Shown: positions 8,560 to 19,178 of the stretch, piece by piece | Position numbering within the stretch: position 1 is the first letter of the stretch | Layout of the letters: each line of letters begins with the position of its first letter | NCBI GenBank assembly: GCA_963828735.1 | Contig: CAWHFW010000005.1 | Coordinates: 1,984,001 to 2,048,000 of the forward strand | Origin: an uncultured Gemmatimonadales bacterium | Lineage (GTDB): Bacteria > Gemmatimonadota > Gemmatimonadetes > Gemmatimonadales > GWC2-71-9 | Length of the DNA stretch: 64,000 bases | Reading direction: 5' to 3' | Notes under the pieces: generated by a model | What the model was told of the DNA's origin: nothing | Databases searched by the model: none | What the model saw: only the letters and a program-made list of their open reading frames with translations | Translations under genes and position numbers: made by a program

Positions 8560-11352
8560 CTAGTCGGCCTCTTCCCGGGCCAGCCAGACGCCGCGCGTAT
8601 CGCGCACGAATTCGCGGCGGCCCTCGTCCATCAGCGGCGTCATTACCGCCGCGACGGGCGCCTCGGGCCGCGAGACCCGCGGCCGCTCCACCAGCCGCGC
8701 CGGGGCCTCGGGGCGGAACTGGATCACCTGCTTCCAGCTCCGCGTGATCGCGTCGGCGAAGACCAGGAGCAGGTCCGCCGGCTGAGCCTCGCGGAGCGCG
8801 GTGTCGACGGCCAGCTGCTCGTCGGGGATGACGAGGATCTGCTCCGCCGCCACGCCCGCGGTCAGCAGCGCGTCGCGCAGGAGGTGCGGCACCTCGTCGG
8901 GCTTCCGCCCGCGGAGCGCGTCGTCGCGCCGGACGATGTAGCGGTCGAACCGCCCCGCGGCCATGCGGCCGATGTCGGTGATGTCCTCGTCGCGCCGGTC
9001 GCCGGGGGCGGCCAGCACCACCAGGCGGCGGCCCACGACGTCGAGCCGCTCGACCAGCTGGCACATCGCCTCGACCGCGGCCGGATTGTGGCCGTAGTCG
9101 AGGATCACCTTGAACGGATGCTCGTCGAAGATGTTCATCCGGCCGGGCGCCTGGAAGAACGTGGTGTCGAAGGTGCGGAGCCCGTGGCGGATGTCCTCGA
9201 GCTTGAGCCCCATGCTGAAGCCCATCGCCGCCGCGAACATCGCGTTCTGGACGTTGTGCAGCGCCCGCCCCTCGAGCGTGGCGGGAATGAGGTGGGTCCA
9301 GAGCAGCGGGATGTGGGCGCCGTGATCGTAGATCGTGATCATCTGGCCCTTGATGCCGCTCTCGAGCACCACGCCGCGGCCGCCGGCCTTGATGTGCTCG
9401 CCCACGAGCTCGTGGGTCGGGTCCATCGTCACGTAGCACAGGTGCTTCGCAGACGTGTAGTCGGCCATCTTGAGGCAGAGCGGATCGTCGGCGTTGAGCA
9501 CGGCCGTCTCGCGCGCGACCTCGACCACGATGCGCTTCACCTTGGCCAGGTCGTCGAGCGTGCCGACGCCGCGGAGGCCCAGGTGGTCCGACTTGACGTT
9601 GAGGACCGCGCCCACGTCGCAGTGGCGCACGGCCATGCCTGCGCGCAAGAGCCCGCCGCGCGCGATCTCGAGCACCGCCATGTCCACCTTGGGGTCGCTC
9701 AGCACCATGCGGGTCGCCACCGGGCCCGTCATGTCGCCCGCGACAGTGCGATGCCCGTCGATGTAGACCCCGTCCGTCGTCGTGAGGCCGACGGTGTGTC
9801 CGGCGAGCTTCTGGATGTGGGCCAGCATGCGCGCCGTGGTGGTCTTGCCGTTGGTGCCGGTCACGGCGGCGATGGGGATGCGGCTCGGTGTCCCGGGCGG
9901 GAACAGCATGTCGAGTACGGGCCCCGCGACATCGCGTGCCCGTCCTTCGCTCGGCGCCATGTGCATCCGGAAGCCGGGCGCCGCGTTGATCTCGCAGATC
10001 GCCCCGCCGACCTCCCTGTACGACTCCGTGATGTCGGTCGTGAGGAAGTCCACGCCGCCCACGTCGAGCCCGATCGCCTTCACCGCGCGCACCGCCATCT
10101 CGACGTTGTCGGGGTGCACCCGGTCGGTCATGTCGGTGGCGGTGCCGCCGGTGGAGAGGTTGCCGGTCGAGCGGAGGAACACCTGCTCGCCCTCGGCGGG
10201 CACGGTCTCCCGCGTGTAGCCCTTCTTGGCCAGCAGCGACTCGGCCTGGTGGTCGAACACCAGCCGGGTGAGCACCTTCTCGTGGCCGATGCCGCGCCGC
10301 GGGTCGAGGTTCACCTCGTCCACCAGCTGCTCGACCGTGTGCACCCCGTCGCCCATCACGTGGCCGGGAACCCGCTTGGAGACGGCCACGAGCTCGCCGT
10401 TGATCACCAGCATGCGGTGGTCCTCGCCGGTGATGAAGCTCTCGACGATGACGCTCCGGCTGTGCTCGCGGGCCACCTCGAACGCGGCGCGCACCTGTTC
10501 CTCGGTCGTGAGGTAGATCGAGATGCCGCGGCCGTGGTTGGCGTTGTACGGCTTGACCACGACGGGGAAGCCGATCCGCTCCGCCGCGGCCACCGCATCG
10601 TCCTCGCGCTGCACCAGCCGCTGGCGCGGGACGGGAAGGCCGAGGTTGCCGAGGATGCGGTTGGTCTCCTCCTTGTCGGAGGCGAGCTCGACCGCGATGT
10701 GCGAGGTGCGGCTCGTGACGGTGGCCTGCACGCGCTGCTGGAACCGGCCGTGGCCGAATTGGATCAGGCTCTGCTCGTTGAGCCGGATCCACGGGATCCG
10801 CCGGTCCTCCGCCGCGCGGACCAGCGACATCGTGCTCGGCCCCAGCGCCCGCCGCTGCGCGAACCGGATGAACTCGTCGCGCTCGGCGGCGAAGTCGAAG
10901 TCACCGGGGACCGCGCCGTCCGGCCGGAGCTCGGGCGGCAGGAGCGAGTGGAGCAGGGTGATGCCGAGCCGGCCCGCCTCGAGCCCGACGTCCTCCTGCT
11001 CGTACTGGTAGATGACGTGGTAATGGCCGTCCACGCCGGCGCCACGCGTCTTGCCGAACGTCACCGGCTCGCCGGCCACGTTCTGCATCTCGATGGCGAC
11101 GTGCTCGAGGATGTGGCCCATCCAGGTGCCCTCGTCCTCACGCAGGCGCCGGATGAACCCGCCGGGCTCACCGTAGGAGCACCCGTGCTCGTGCAGGCCG
11201 GGGAGCGCTTCGATGAGGCGGTCGATGAAGGCGGGCCCGAGCTTGGCCGAGGGCCAGTCCTCCAGCGGGCCGAGGTCGATCTCCAGCCGGATGACGGGGA
11301 AGTGGGCGTAGAGGCTGGGGCCGACGTAGACCGCGCGATCGATGATCCGCAT
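8560..11352 (-). CDS. cphA: Cyanophycin synthetase (CphA1)
   Basis: 930 aa; N domain HGCSYGEPGGF...GHILEHVA, LGPST, ATP-grasp VVKPYNANHGRG / NLSTGGTA / EINAAPGFRMH, Mur domain VTGTNGKTT, DYGHN. Confidence 0.97.
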   Translation of the reverse strand: MRIIDRAVYVGPSLYAHFPVIRLEIDLGPLEDWPSAKLGPAFIDRLIEALPGLHEHGCSYGEPGGFIRRLREDEGTWMGHILEHVAIEMQNVAGEPVTFGKTRGAGVDGHYHVIYQYEQEDVGLEAGRLGITLLHSLLPPELRPDGAVPGDFDFAAERDEFIRFAQRRALGPSTMSLVRAAEDRRIPWIRLNEQSLIQFGHGRFQQRVQATVTSRTSHIAVELASDKEETNRILGNLGLPVPRQRLVQREDDAVAAAERIGFPVVVKPYNANHGRGISIYLTTEEQVRAAFEVAREHSRSVIVESFITGEDHRMLVINGELVAVSKRVPGHVMGDGVHTVEQLVDEVNLDPRRGIGHEKVLTRLVFDHQAESLLAKKGYTRETVPAEGEQVFLRSTGNLSTGGTATDMTDRVHPDNVEMAVRAVKAIGLDVGGVDFLTTDITESYREVGGAICEINAAPGFRMHMAPSEGRARDVAGPVLDMLFPPGTPSRIPIAAVTGTNGKTTTARMLAHIQKLAGHTVGLTTTDGVYIDGHRTVAGDMTGPVATRMVLSDPKVDMAVLEIARGGLLRAGMAVRHCDVGAVLNVKSDHLGLRGVGTLDDLAKVKRIVVEVARETAVLNADDPLCLKMADYTSAKHLCYVTMDPTHELVGEHIKAGGRGVVLESGIKGQMITIYDHGAHIPLLWTHLIPATLEGRALHNVQNAMFAAAMGFSMGLKLEDIRHGLRTFDTTFFQAPGRMNIFDEHPFKVILDYGHNPAAVEAMCQLVERLDVVGRRLVVLAAPGDRRDEDITDIGRMAAGRFDRYIVRRDDALRGRKPDEVPHLLRDALLTAGVAAEQILVIPDEQLAVDTALREAQPADLLLVFADAITRSWKQVIQFRPEAPARLVERPRVSRPEAPVAAVMTPLMDEGRREFVRDTRGVWLAREEAD

Positions 11353-11391
11353 TGCTGTTCGCCTTCGGTGGAGGGCTGACGGTCTCGGCGA

Positions 11392-12209
11392 CTAGGCGCG
11401 ATGCGCGAGCACCGGCGGCGCGGCCGCCACTCGCGTGGTGAGGTTGAACGTCGACCCGTGGTCCAGGATGTGGAGCCGGAGACCGATCAGGCAGACCGGG
11501 TCGTTCTTCCGTACGCGCGCCATCGAGGAGAACTGGATCTCCGACGGGTCCACGATCGTGAGCGCGCCGCCGCCGACCACCTCGAAGATGTCGTCGGGCC
11601 GATGAACGCCGCCGTGTTCTCGTCGAGCCCGATCCCGATGGCGAACGGGTTGTAGGCCAGCGCCGTGAGCAGCCGCCCCAGCCGGTCCCGCTGGCGGAAG
11701 TGCTGGTCGATGATCACCCGGTTGGTGAGGCCGAGCCCCGGGGCGAGGGTCACGATCTTGGCCCGCGGGCTCGCGCCCTCCTTGCCGAACGCGATCATGT
11801 GCTCGCACAGGAACGCGGCGCCCGCCGACGTGCCGGCGATGTGCGCGCCCTCGGCGTTCCGGCGGCGCAGCGCCTTGGCCATGGACGTGCCGCCGATCAT
11901 CGTGCTGAGCCGGAGCTGGTTGCCCCCGGTCAGGAAGATCCCGTCGGCCTGGTTCAGGGCCTCGAGCAGCTCCGGCAGCTCGGCGTCGGCGCGGGCGTGG
12001 ATGGGGAGGGAGCGGGCCTCGGAGACTCCCAGGCCCTGGAACAGCGTCTCGTAGCGGGCGCCCGTATCGCTCACCTCGGAGGCAGTCGGGATGATGGCGA
12101 TCCGGCCGGTCGTGCCGCAGAGCGAGGCAAAGCGCCGCAGGATGGTGATGTCGCCGATCTTCTCTTCCGCCCCGCCCACCGGAATGATGTAGCCGCGGCC
12201 GTCCGCCAA
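11392..12209 (-). CDS. cphB: Cyanophycinase (peptidase S51) with one frameshift near 11599
   Basis: TTG start 12209 after GGGAGG; IIPVGGAEEK, IIPTAS, TGGNQLRL, GTSAG, IDQHFRQRDRLGRL, GLDE; the frame changes at ...FIGP/DDIFEVVGGG and continues to stop at 11392. Confidence 0.92.
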
Positions 12210-12323
12210 AAGCGCCCTCCCGCCTGGAGTTGACCGGCAGGTTGGTCGCCGGCGTGCACGTCGTCTGCGCCGCCTAAAATACACCCGGGTGGAAGGGGCG
12301 GGAGGGGTGGACCAGATGGCGCG

Positions 12324-12364
12324 GAGCGGGAGCGGTGAGCGGTGAGCGGTGAGCGGTGAGCGGT
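12324..12364 (+). repeat. Heptamer tandem array (GAGCGGT)x5 plus one partial unit
   Basis: Perfect units at 12330, 12337, 12344, 12351, 12358, preceded by GAGCGG. Confidence 0.97.
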
Positions 12365-12410
12365 GGATGGGGTAGGGAGTGGTAGGGCATTGTTGCAAGA
12401 GGAGTTCCCA

Positions 12411-12462
12411 CACCGCTCACCTCTTACCGCTCACCGCTCCCCGCCAGCCCACCCTCCCGCCC
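12411..12462 (+). repeat. Inverted heptamer array (ACCGCTC)n plus C-rich arm complementary to 12296-12365
   Basis: ACCGCTC ACCTCTT ACCGCTC ACCGCTC CCCGCCA; CCACCCTCCCGCCC (12449-12462) pairs with GGGCGGGAGGGGTGG (12296-12310). Confidence 0.85.
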
Positions 12463-12526
12463 CATACCGCCTCTGCCCGCGCGATCATGATGCCGGTGCG
12501 CCTCGGCTCTTCCGCAATCGTTGTCT

Positions 12527-12901
12527 ATGCGAGACCACAAGAGCCTAGTCGCCTGGCAGGTGGCGCACGAGGTGGCGCGTGGGGTTCTCAGTGTCAGCCG
12601 GTTGCGATGGAGGCCCGATGCTGCCGCACTGTTCGGTCAGCTTCAACGATCGTCACTGTCCATCCAGTTGAACATCGCGGAAGGATACGCCCTGGGGAGA
12701 GACCGTCAGTTCTGCTATCACCTTCGCGTAGCGTACGGCTCGGCGGTCGAGACCGGTGACCTTTTGGAGCTGGCTGAGTCGGAGAGGCTGATCCCCGACG
12801 GGGAGGCTCAGGCTCTACTTGCCGACTGCCAGCGCACCCAACGACTACTCCTCGGCCTACTGCATCGTTATGCCCGCCCCACCGGTCCGCCTCGGACCTA
12901 A
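12527..12901 (+). CDS. Four-helix-bundle protein (23S rRNA IVS protein / Avd-like family)
   Basis: MRDHKSLVAWQVAHEV...QLQRSSLSIQLNIAEGY...F..HLRVAYGSAVE..LLELA matches the family pattern L.xWQ.A / Q..RA..SI..NIAEG / L..A.GS..E; alternative TTG start 12521. Confidence 0.9.
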   Translation: MRDHKSLVAWQVAHEVARGVLSVSRLRWRPDAAALFGQLQRSSLSIQLNIAEGYALGRDRQFCYHLRVAYGSAVETGDLLELAESERLIPDGEAQALLADCQRTQRLLLGLLHRYARPTGPPRT

Positions 12902-12943
12902 CTACCTCTATCCCGTCGCCAGCTCCCCTCCCCCCTCCCCGTT

Positions 12944-12990
12944 CCCGCTCACCCCTCACCGCTCCCGCTCACCGCTCCCGCTCACCGCCC
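12944..12990 (+). repeat. Degenerate (ACCGCTC/CCGCTC)x7 array overlapping the iadA stop codon
   Basis: CCCGCTC ACCCCTC ACCGCTC CCGCTC ACCGCTC CCGCTC ACCGCCC; encodes the iadA tail GGERER* on the minus strand. Confidence 0.9.
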
Positions 12991-14156
12991 CCTGCTCCCT
13001 CAAACGCCCCCCGCACCACCGGCCGCCCCGCCCTTACGTGCCACCGCCCGCGAGCCATCACGTCCGCCACCTTGCCGTCCTGACTGAGCACCACCAGGTC
13101 CGCGGCCGCGCCCACCGCGAGCCGGCCCTTCCGCTCCAGTTTGAGCAGGCGCGCCGGATTGCTGGTGAACGCGGGCAGCACCCGCTCGAGCGGCTGCCCG
13201 CACCGAAGCAGCGCGGCGAGCGCGTCGCCGGTGGCGGACGGCGCCCCGACATCGATGCCCACGACCCGGCCCTCCGCGTCGAGCAGGGGCAGGCACCCGC
13301 CGCCGTCCGAGCTCACCGTGACGCGGCCCGCCGGCAAGCCCGCGTCGAGGTACCGCACGAGGGCTTCCTCCGCCGGCCACGCGTCCTCGCCGTCCTCGAC
13401 CGGAAACGCCGTGATGTCCACGGTGCATCCGCGCTCGGACAGCGCCATCGCCTCCTCGAACAGTCGCCGCTTGCGGTTGACGTGGGTCGGGTTGAAGACC
13501 TCCGCCGGCAGCTCGCTCCGGTCGAGCGCCTGCCGCACGGGCTCGAGCCCGGCCTCGCCGTCGCCCACGTGCAGGTGCAGGATGCCGGCTTTTCCGCTCA
13601 TGAGCCCGCCGACGTGCGCGTCGGCCGCGATGCGGAGGAGCTCGTCGTGCGTCGGCTGGCTCGAGCGATGGTCGCTGATGGCGAGCTCGCCCACCCCGAG
13701 CACCAGGTCGATGAGCACGATGTCGAGTCGGACGCTGCCGGTGGCGGTGGTGGGAGGGTAGTGGTAGCCGCCGGTGTGACAGAACGCGCTCAAGCCCTCC
13801 TGGATCAGCCCGCGCGCGACGGTCACCAGCTCGGCCGTGGTACGCACCGTGTCGTCGGTGCCAAGCACGCCGACCGCGGTGGTCACGCCGCCGCGCGTGA
13901 GCCGGCTCAACGCGACCGGCGGCACTCGGGTGTGCGGGCCCGCCTCGCCGCCGCCGCCCGTGAGGTGCACGTGACCGTCGACGAGGCCGGGAATGACCCG
14001 CCGGCCCTCGAGGTCCACCTCGGTCACACCCAGCGCGCGGTCGAGCGCCGGGACGCCGCGCCCGATCCAGACCACCGCCTCACCCGCGACCAGCAGGTCC
14101 TGCTTCCCGGTCGGCGCAGGATCGTACAGCTCGGCGTTCCTGAGCAGCGTCAGCAT
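12969..14156 (-). CDS. iadA: Isoaspartyl dipeptidase (beta-aspartyl peptidase, amidohydrolase family)
   Basis: PGLVDGHVHLTGGGGEAG, GVLGTD, GELAISDHRSSQPT, GKAGILHLHVGDG, PTHVNR, SSDGGG; start moved to ATG 14156 (MLTLLRNA). Confidence 0.95.
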   Translation of the reverse strand: MLTLLRNAELYDPAPTGKQDLLVAGEAVVWIGRGVPALDRALGVTEVDLEGRRVIPGLVDGHVHLTGGGGEAGPHTRVPPVALSRLTRGGVTTAVGVLGTDDTVRTTAELVTVARGLIQEGLSAFCHTGGYHYPPTTATGSVRLDIVLIDLVLGVGELAISDHRSSQPTHDELLRIAADAHVGGLMSGKAGILHLHVGDGEAGLEPVRQALDRSELPAEVFNPTHVNRKRRLFEEAMALSERGCTVDITAFPVEDGEDAWPAEEALVRYLDAGLPAGRVTVSSDGGGCLPLLDAEGRVVGIDVGAPSATGDALAALLRCGQPLERVLPAFTSNPARLLKLERKGRLAVGAAADLVVLSQDGKVADVMARGRWHVRAGRPVVRGAFEGAGGGERER

Positions 14157-14163
14157 CGGTACG

Positions 14164-15435
<1,272 letters not shown>

Positions 15436-15501
15436 AGGAAACGGTCGCTGGCTAGGGTACGGGGTACGGCAAGGTAGAGACCCGTCCCGACGGAGGGAAG
15501 G

Positions 15502-16479
15502 TCAGAGGAGTTGCCACAGGTACGCGGCCGCGCCGGCGAGCCCGACGCCGGCCACGAGCATGCCGGCGCAGCCCTTCTTGCCGGCGCCCGCCGGCGCCGC
15601 GGCCGCCGTTGGGGGCGGCGCCGCCGGCGTGGCCGGGCGCGCCGGCTCGAGACCCGCCAGCGCCTTCGCGAATTCGTCGGCCGTCGCGTACCGCTCGGCC
15701 GGATCCTTGGCGAGCGAGCGGACGATCGCGGCTTCCATGTGCTCGGGAATCGAGATCATCGGACGGAGTGGCCGGGGCGGACCCATGAACCGCCGCATGA
15801 GCGTGGCCTGCGGGTTCGGGCCCTTGAACGGCGGCTCGCCCGCCAGCATCTCGTACAGCACGCAGCCGAGGGCGAAGATGTCCGAGCGACCGTCGATCGC
15901 CTTGTCGCCACTCGCCTGCTCGGGGCTCATGTAGGTCGGCGTCCCGACGATCATGCCGGTCGCGGTGAGCTTCTCGGCCATCTCGCTCACGGCGCGCGCC
16001 ACGCCGAAGTCGGCCACCAGCACCTGGTCGCCCGAGAGCAAGATGTTGTCCGGCTTGATGTCGCGGTGGACCACGCCCTGCGCGTGGGCGTAGGTCAGGG
16101 CGCTCGCCGTCGCCAGCGCGATGCGGAGCGCTTCGGCCGGCGTGAACTGGTGCTCCCGCGTCAGCCGCTCGTAGACGTTCTCGCCCTCGACCAGCGGCAT
16201 GGTGAACCAGAGCTGGCCGCTCGGAGTCTCGCCGGAATCGAGGATGCTGAGGATGTTGGGGTGCTGGAGGCGCGCGGCCACGCGGATCTCGCGCTTGAAC
16301 CGGTCGGCGCCGACCGTCGAGGCGAGCTCGGCGTGCAGCACCTTGAGCGCCACCTGGCGGTTCAGCTGGAGGTCCTGCGCGAGCACGACGCTGGCCATGC
16401 CGCCGCGGCCGAGGTCGCGGTCGAGCGTGTAGCGCTCGCCGAGCGCGGCCTGCATCAGCTCGCGGAGCTCGGGCTTCAT
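15502..16479 (-). CDS. Ser/Thr protein kinase with C-terminal membrane anchor and no sensor domain
   Basis: From ATG 16479: LGRGGMA, VALK, HRDIKPDN, DFG, GTPTYMSPEQ; hydrophobic C-terminus; ATGA overlap with upstream gene. Confidence 0.93.
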   Translation of the reverse strand: MKPELRELMQAALGERYTLDRDLGRGGMASVVLAQDLQLNRQVALKVLHAELASTVGADRFKREIRVAARLQHPNILSILDSGETPSGQLWFTMPLVEGENVYERLTREHQFTPAEALRIALATASALTYAHAQGVVHRDIKPDNILLSGDQVLVADFGVARAVSEMAEKLTATGMIVGTPTYMSPEQASGDKAIDGRSDIFALGCVLYEMLAGEPPFKGPNPQATLMRRFMGPPRPLRPMISIPEHMEAAIVRSLAKDPAERYATADEFAKALAGLEPARPATPAAPPPTAAAAPAGAGKKGCAGMLVAGVGLAGAAAYLWQLL

Positions 16480-19178
16480 GGCGTGGCGGCCACCAGTTTC
16501 TGGAAGCGAGGGTTGGCGCGCAGCGGGTCGAACGCAGGGTCGATCCTGAGCCACCCGGGCGAGAGGTAATACGGAATCTTGAGCAGCGGCTCGAGCTGGT
16601 CGAGCGCCTTCTCCGGCTCGCCGACCAGGATGTAGATCCGTGCGAGCTGGTGCTGGAAGTACGGGCCGTTGGTGGCGTTCAGCCGCACCGGCATCAGGGC
16701 GACACCACGCTCGCCCTCGGCGATGGCCTGGGCCTTGCGGCCCAGGTACGCGAGCGCGGTGCCCATATAGACATGCAAGCCGGCATCCTCCGGTGTGCTC
16801 CGAAGCTGCTCCTCCATCGCGATTCTGGCCGAATCCGCGTACGCGCGCGTGTGCGCCTGATCTCCCCGCAGCGCGTAGGTTCCGGCCAGTGCCAGGCCCC
16901 ACGCACCCCGGTCGTCGTCGAATTGTCCCGGACCCAGCCGCAACAGGAGTGCCTGCTGCTCGTCACTGAGGACCCAGTAGAGCTCATAATAGGTCGCGAA
17001 GTAGGCCACCAGCGCGGCGGGCTCGATGGCGGTTGGGGCGTGCTGCACCTCGGCTCTCGCGGCGTCGAGGTCACCCTCACCCAGGAAGGCCTGCACCTTA
17101 TTCTCGAAGTTCTGAACGTTACCGGGAACGAGCGCGAGCGCCCGGTCCGCCGCCTGCCGCGCCTCGGGCCATTTCCGCTGGAATAAGAGGGCCTGGGCAA
17201 AGACGGTGGCGATGGTGGCGGAGCGGGGATCGAGTGTCTGCGCCTCCCGCAGGTGAACCAGTGCTGAATCCCAGCGGCCGAGCGCCTGCTCCGCGAGGCC
17301 TCTCCCGCGCAGCAAGTCGGCGTTGGCGGGGGCCTTCGTCTGGCCCTTGGCGTACTCGTCGAGGGCACGGGAATTGTCGGCCACGGCCCGGCGATAATAG
17401 TCACCGAGGGCCACATGGCTCTCCGGCCGGTCGGGGGCCAGCGCCAAAGCGCGCTGCGCGGCCGCCAGGGAGCGCGACGCGAGCGCCGGTGTCGGAGTCG
17501 CGAGGCTGTACAGAAACGAGGCCGACTGAGACAGCCGCGCCCAGGCGACCGCGAAGGTCGTATCCAACGCGACCGCCTGCTCGAACTGGCCGAGCGCCTG
17601 GCGCTGCGACGTTGGATCGCCCCCGCGCGAGTAGGCTTCCACGCCTTTGAGGTACGCGTCGTACGCCGCCAGGTTGCGGGTTGGTTTTTCGGCGAGCTGC
17701 TGCTGGACCCCGGCGCCCAGCGCGACGTCGAGCTCGTGAGCCACCCGTCCTGCGATGTCCGCCTGAACCTGGAACACGTCGGTGAGCGAGGCGTCGAACG
17801 GCTGCTGCCACTTGGTGGTCGGCGGACTGCCCTGCGCCACCTGGACCAGCTCCGGGCTCACCCGCACGCGGCTCTCGCCGCCCGCGCGCTTCTCCCAGCG
17901 GATCTTGCCGATGAGGAGGTACTGCACCCCCAGCTCCTGCGCGATCTGCTGGGGCGACTTGGTCGAGCGCTTGTACTGCCCCGCGCTGCTGCCGGCGATC
18001 ACCTGCAGGCCGGGGAGCGTCGCCAGCTTGCCGCGGACCTCGTCCGTGATGCCGTCGGCGAAGTACTCGTCGCTCGCGTCTCCCAGGTTCTCGAACGGGA
18101 TCACCGCGAGCAGCTTGACCGCACCCGGGCCCGTCGGCTCGACGCCGCCATGGGAGCGGAGCCAGCCGAACAGCACGCCGAGGCCGAGCAGGAAGCCGAG
18201 ACCGAGGGCCAGAGCGACGGGGCGCTGGAACGAACGTGTCCGGGCGCGTGATGGGGCCACCGCGGTATGGTCCGCCACCATGCGCTGCGTCGGCTGCTGC
18301 GGCTGGCTCGTGCTCGTGGCACCTGGGGCGGTGACGACCGGGGCCACGCTCTCGAGTGCCCGCGCGAACTCCGCCGCCGTGGCGAAGCGATCGGCGGGAG
18401 CCTTGGCCAGCGCCCGGTCCACCGCCTGAGCGACGGCGTCCGGCACGGTCTCGCGGGTCTGGCGCAGCGGGCGCGGCGCCTCGGTGAGGCGCCGCGCGAT
18501 CATCGCCTGCGCCGTCGGCGCCGCGAACGGCGGCTCGCCCGCCAGCATCTCGTACAGCACCGTGCCGAGGCTGTAGATGTCGGTCCGGGCATCGAGCGCC
18601 TTGTCGCCGACCGCCTGCTCGGGGCTCATGTAGGCCGGGGTGCCGACCGACATGCCGGTCTCGGTAAGCCGCGGCTCGCCGCCGCCGTCGAGCGCGCGGG
18701 CGATGCCGAAGTCCGCCACCAGCGCCTGCCCGTCCACCAGCAGGATGTTCTCCGGCTTCACGTCGCGGTGCACGACGCCCTGCCGGTGGGCGAAGTCGAG
18801 CGCCAGCGCTGCCTCGCGGGTGAGGCGCACGGCGTCGGCCAGCGGGAGCTGGCGCTCGCGCACCAGCCGGGCGCGCAGCGACTCGCCGTCGATGTACGGC
18901 ATCGTGAACCAGAGCTGGCCGGCCGACTCGCCCGAGTCGAGCACGCTCATGATGTGGGGATGCTGCAGGCGCGCCGCGAGCTTGATCTCGCGCAAGAACC
19001 GCTCGGGGCCGAGCGACGCGGCGAGCTCGGGATGGAGCACCTTGAGGGCGACGGGGCGGTCGTGCTTGAGGTCCTGGGCCAAGTAGACCGTGGCCATGCC
19101 GCCGCGGCCCAGCTCGCGATCGAGCCGGTAGCGATCGCCGAGCGCCGCCTGGAGCGGCTCGGGAAGCTGAGGCGTCAC
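16476..19178 (-). CDS. Ser/Thr kinase - TM - TolB_N-like - TPR (array paralogue 1)
   Basis: GTG 19178 (GTGA overlap); LGRGGMA, HRDVKPEN, DFG; TM VALALGLGFLLGLGVLFGW; LAVIPFENLG..EYFADGITDE; TPR-like repeats; end DPAFDPLRANPRFQKLV. Confidence 0.93.
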   Translation of the reverse strand: MTPQLPEPLQAALGDRYRLDRELGRGGMATVYLAQDLKHDRPVALKVLHPELAASLGPERFLREIKLAARLQHPHIMSVLDSGESAGQLWFTMPYIDGESLRARLVRERQLPLADAVRLTREAALALDFAHRQGVVHRDVKPENILLVDGQALVADFGIARALDGGGEPRLTETGMSVGTPAYMSPEQAVGDKALDARTDIYSLGTVLYEMLAGEPPFAAPTAQAMIARRLTEAPRPLRQTRETVPDAVAQAVDRALAKAPADRFATAAEFARALESVAPVVTAPGATSTSQPQQPTQRMVADHTAVAPSRARTRSFQRPVALALGLGFLLGLGVLFGWLRSHGGVEPTGPGAVKLLAVIPFENLGDASDEYFADGITDEVRGKLATLPGLQVIAGSSAGQYKRSTKSPQQIAQELGVQYLLIGKIRWEKRAGGESRVRVSPELVQVAQGSPPTTKWQQPFDASLTDVFQVQADIAGRVAHELDVALGAGVQQQLAEKPTRNLAAYDAYLKGVEAYSRGGDPTSQRQALGQFEQAVALDTTFAVAWARLSQSASFLYSLATPTPALASRSLAAAQRALALAPDRPESHVALGDYYRRAVADNSRALDEYAKGQTKAPANADLLRGRGLAEQALGRWDSALVHLREAQTLDPRSATIATVFAQALLFQRKWPEARQAADRALALVPGNVQNFENKVQAFLGEGDLDAARAEVQHAPTAIEPAALVAYFATYYELYWVLSDEQQALLLRLGPGQFDDDRGAWGLALAGTYALRGDQAHTRAYADSARIAMEEQLRSTPEDAGLHVYMGTALAYLGRKAQAIAEGERGVALMPVRLNATNGPYFQHQLARIYILVGEPEKALDQLEPLLKIPYYLSPGWLRIDPAFDPLRANPRFQKLVAATP

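Noticed and set aside
6788..10792. 1334-aa ORF suggesting a giant CphA-like fusion
   Set aside because: The first ~755 aa are an Arg/Pro-rich off-frame shadow of cphA; the real gene starts at 8524.
8545..11379. Long antisense ORFs (also 19349..21985, 25168..27420, 27487..29883, 60949..63549)
   Set aside because: Typical stop-poor shadows opposite well-supported genes in high-GC DNA, with no motifs of their own.
12527..12901. Diversity-generating retroelement or 23S rRNA intervening sequence, suggested by the Avd/IVS-like protein
   Set aside because: No reverse transcriptase, no TR/VR pair and no rRNA sequence in the window. The kinase repeat mismatches are third-position and not adenine-specific.
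12324..12990. CRISPR array
   Set aside because: Units are 6-7 bp without unique spacers, and there are no cas genes.
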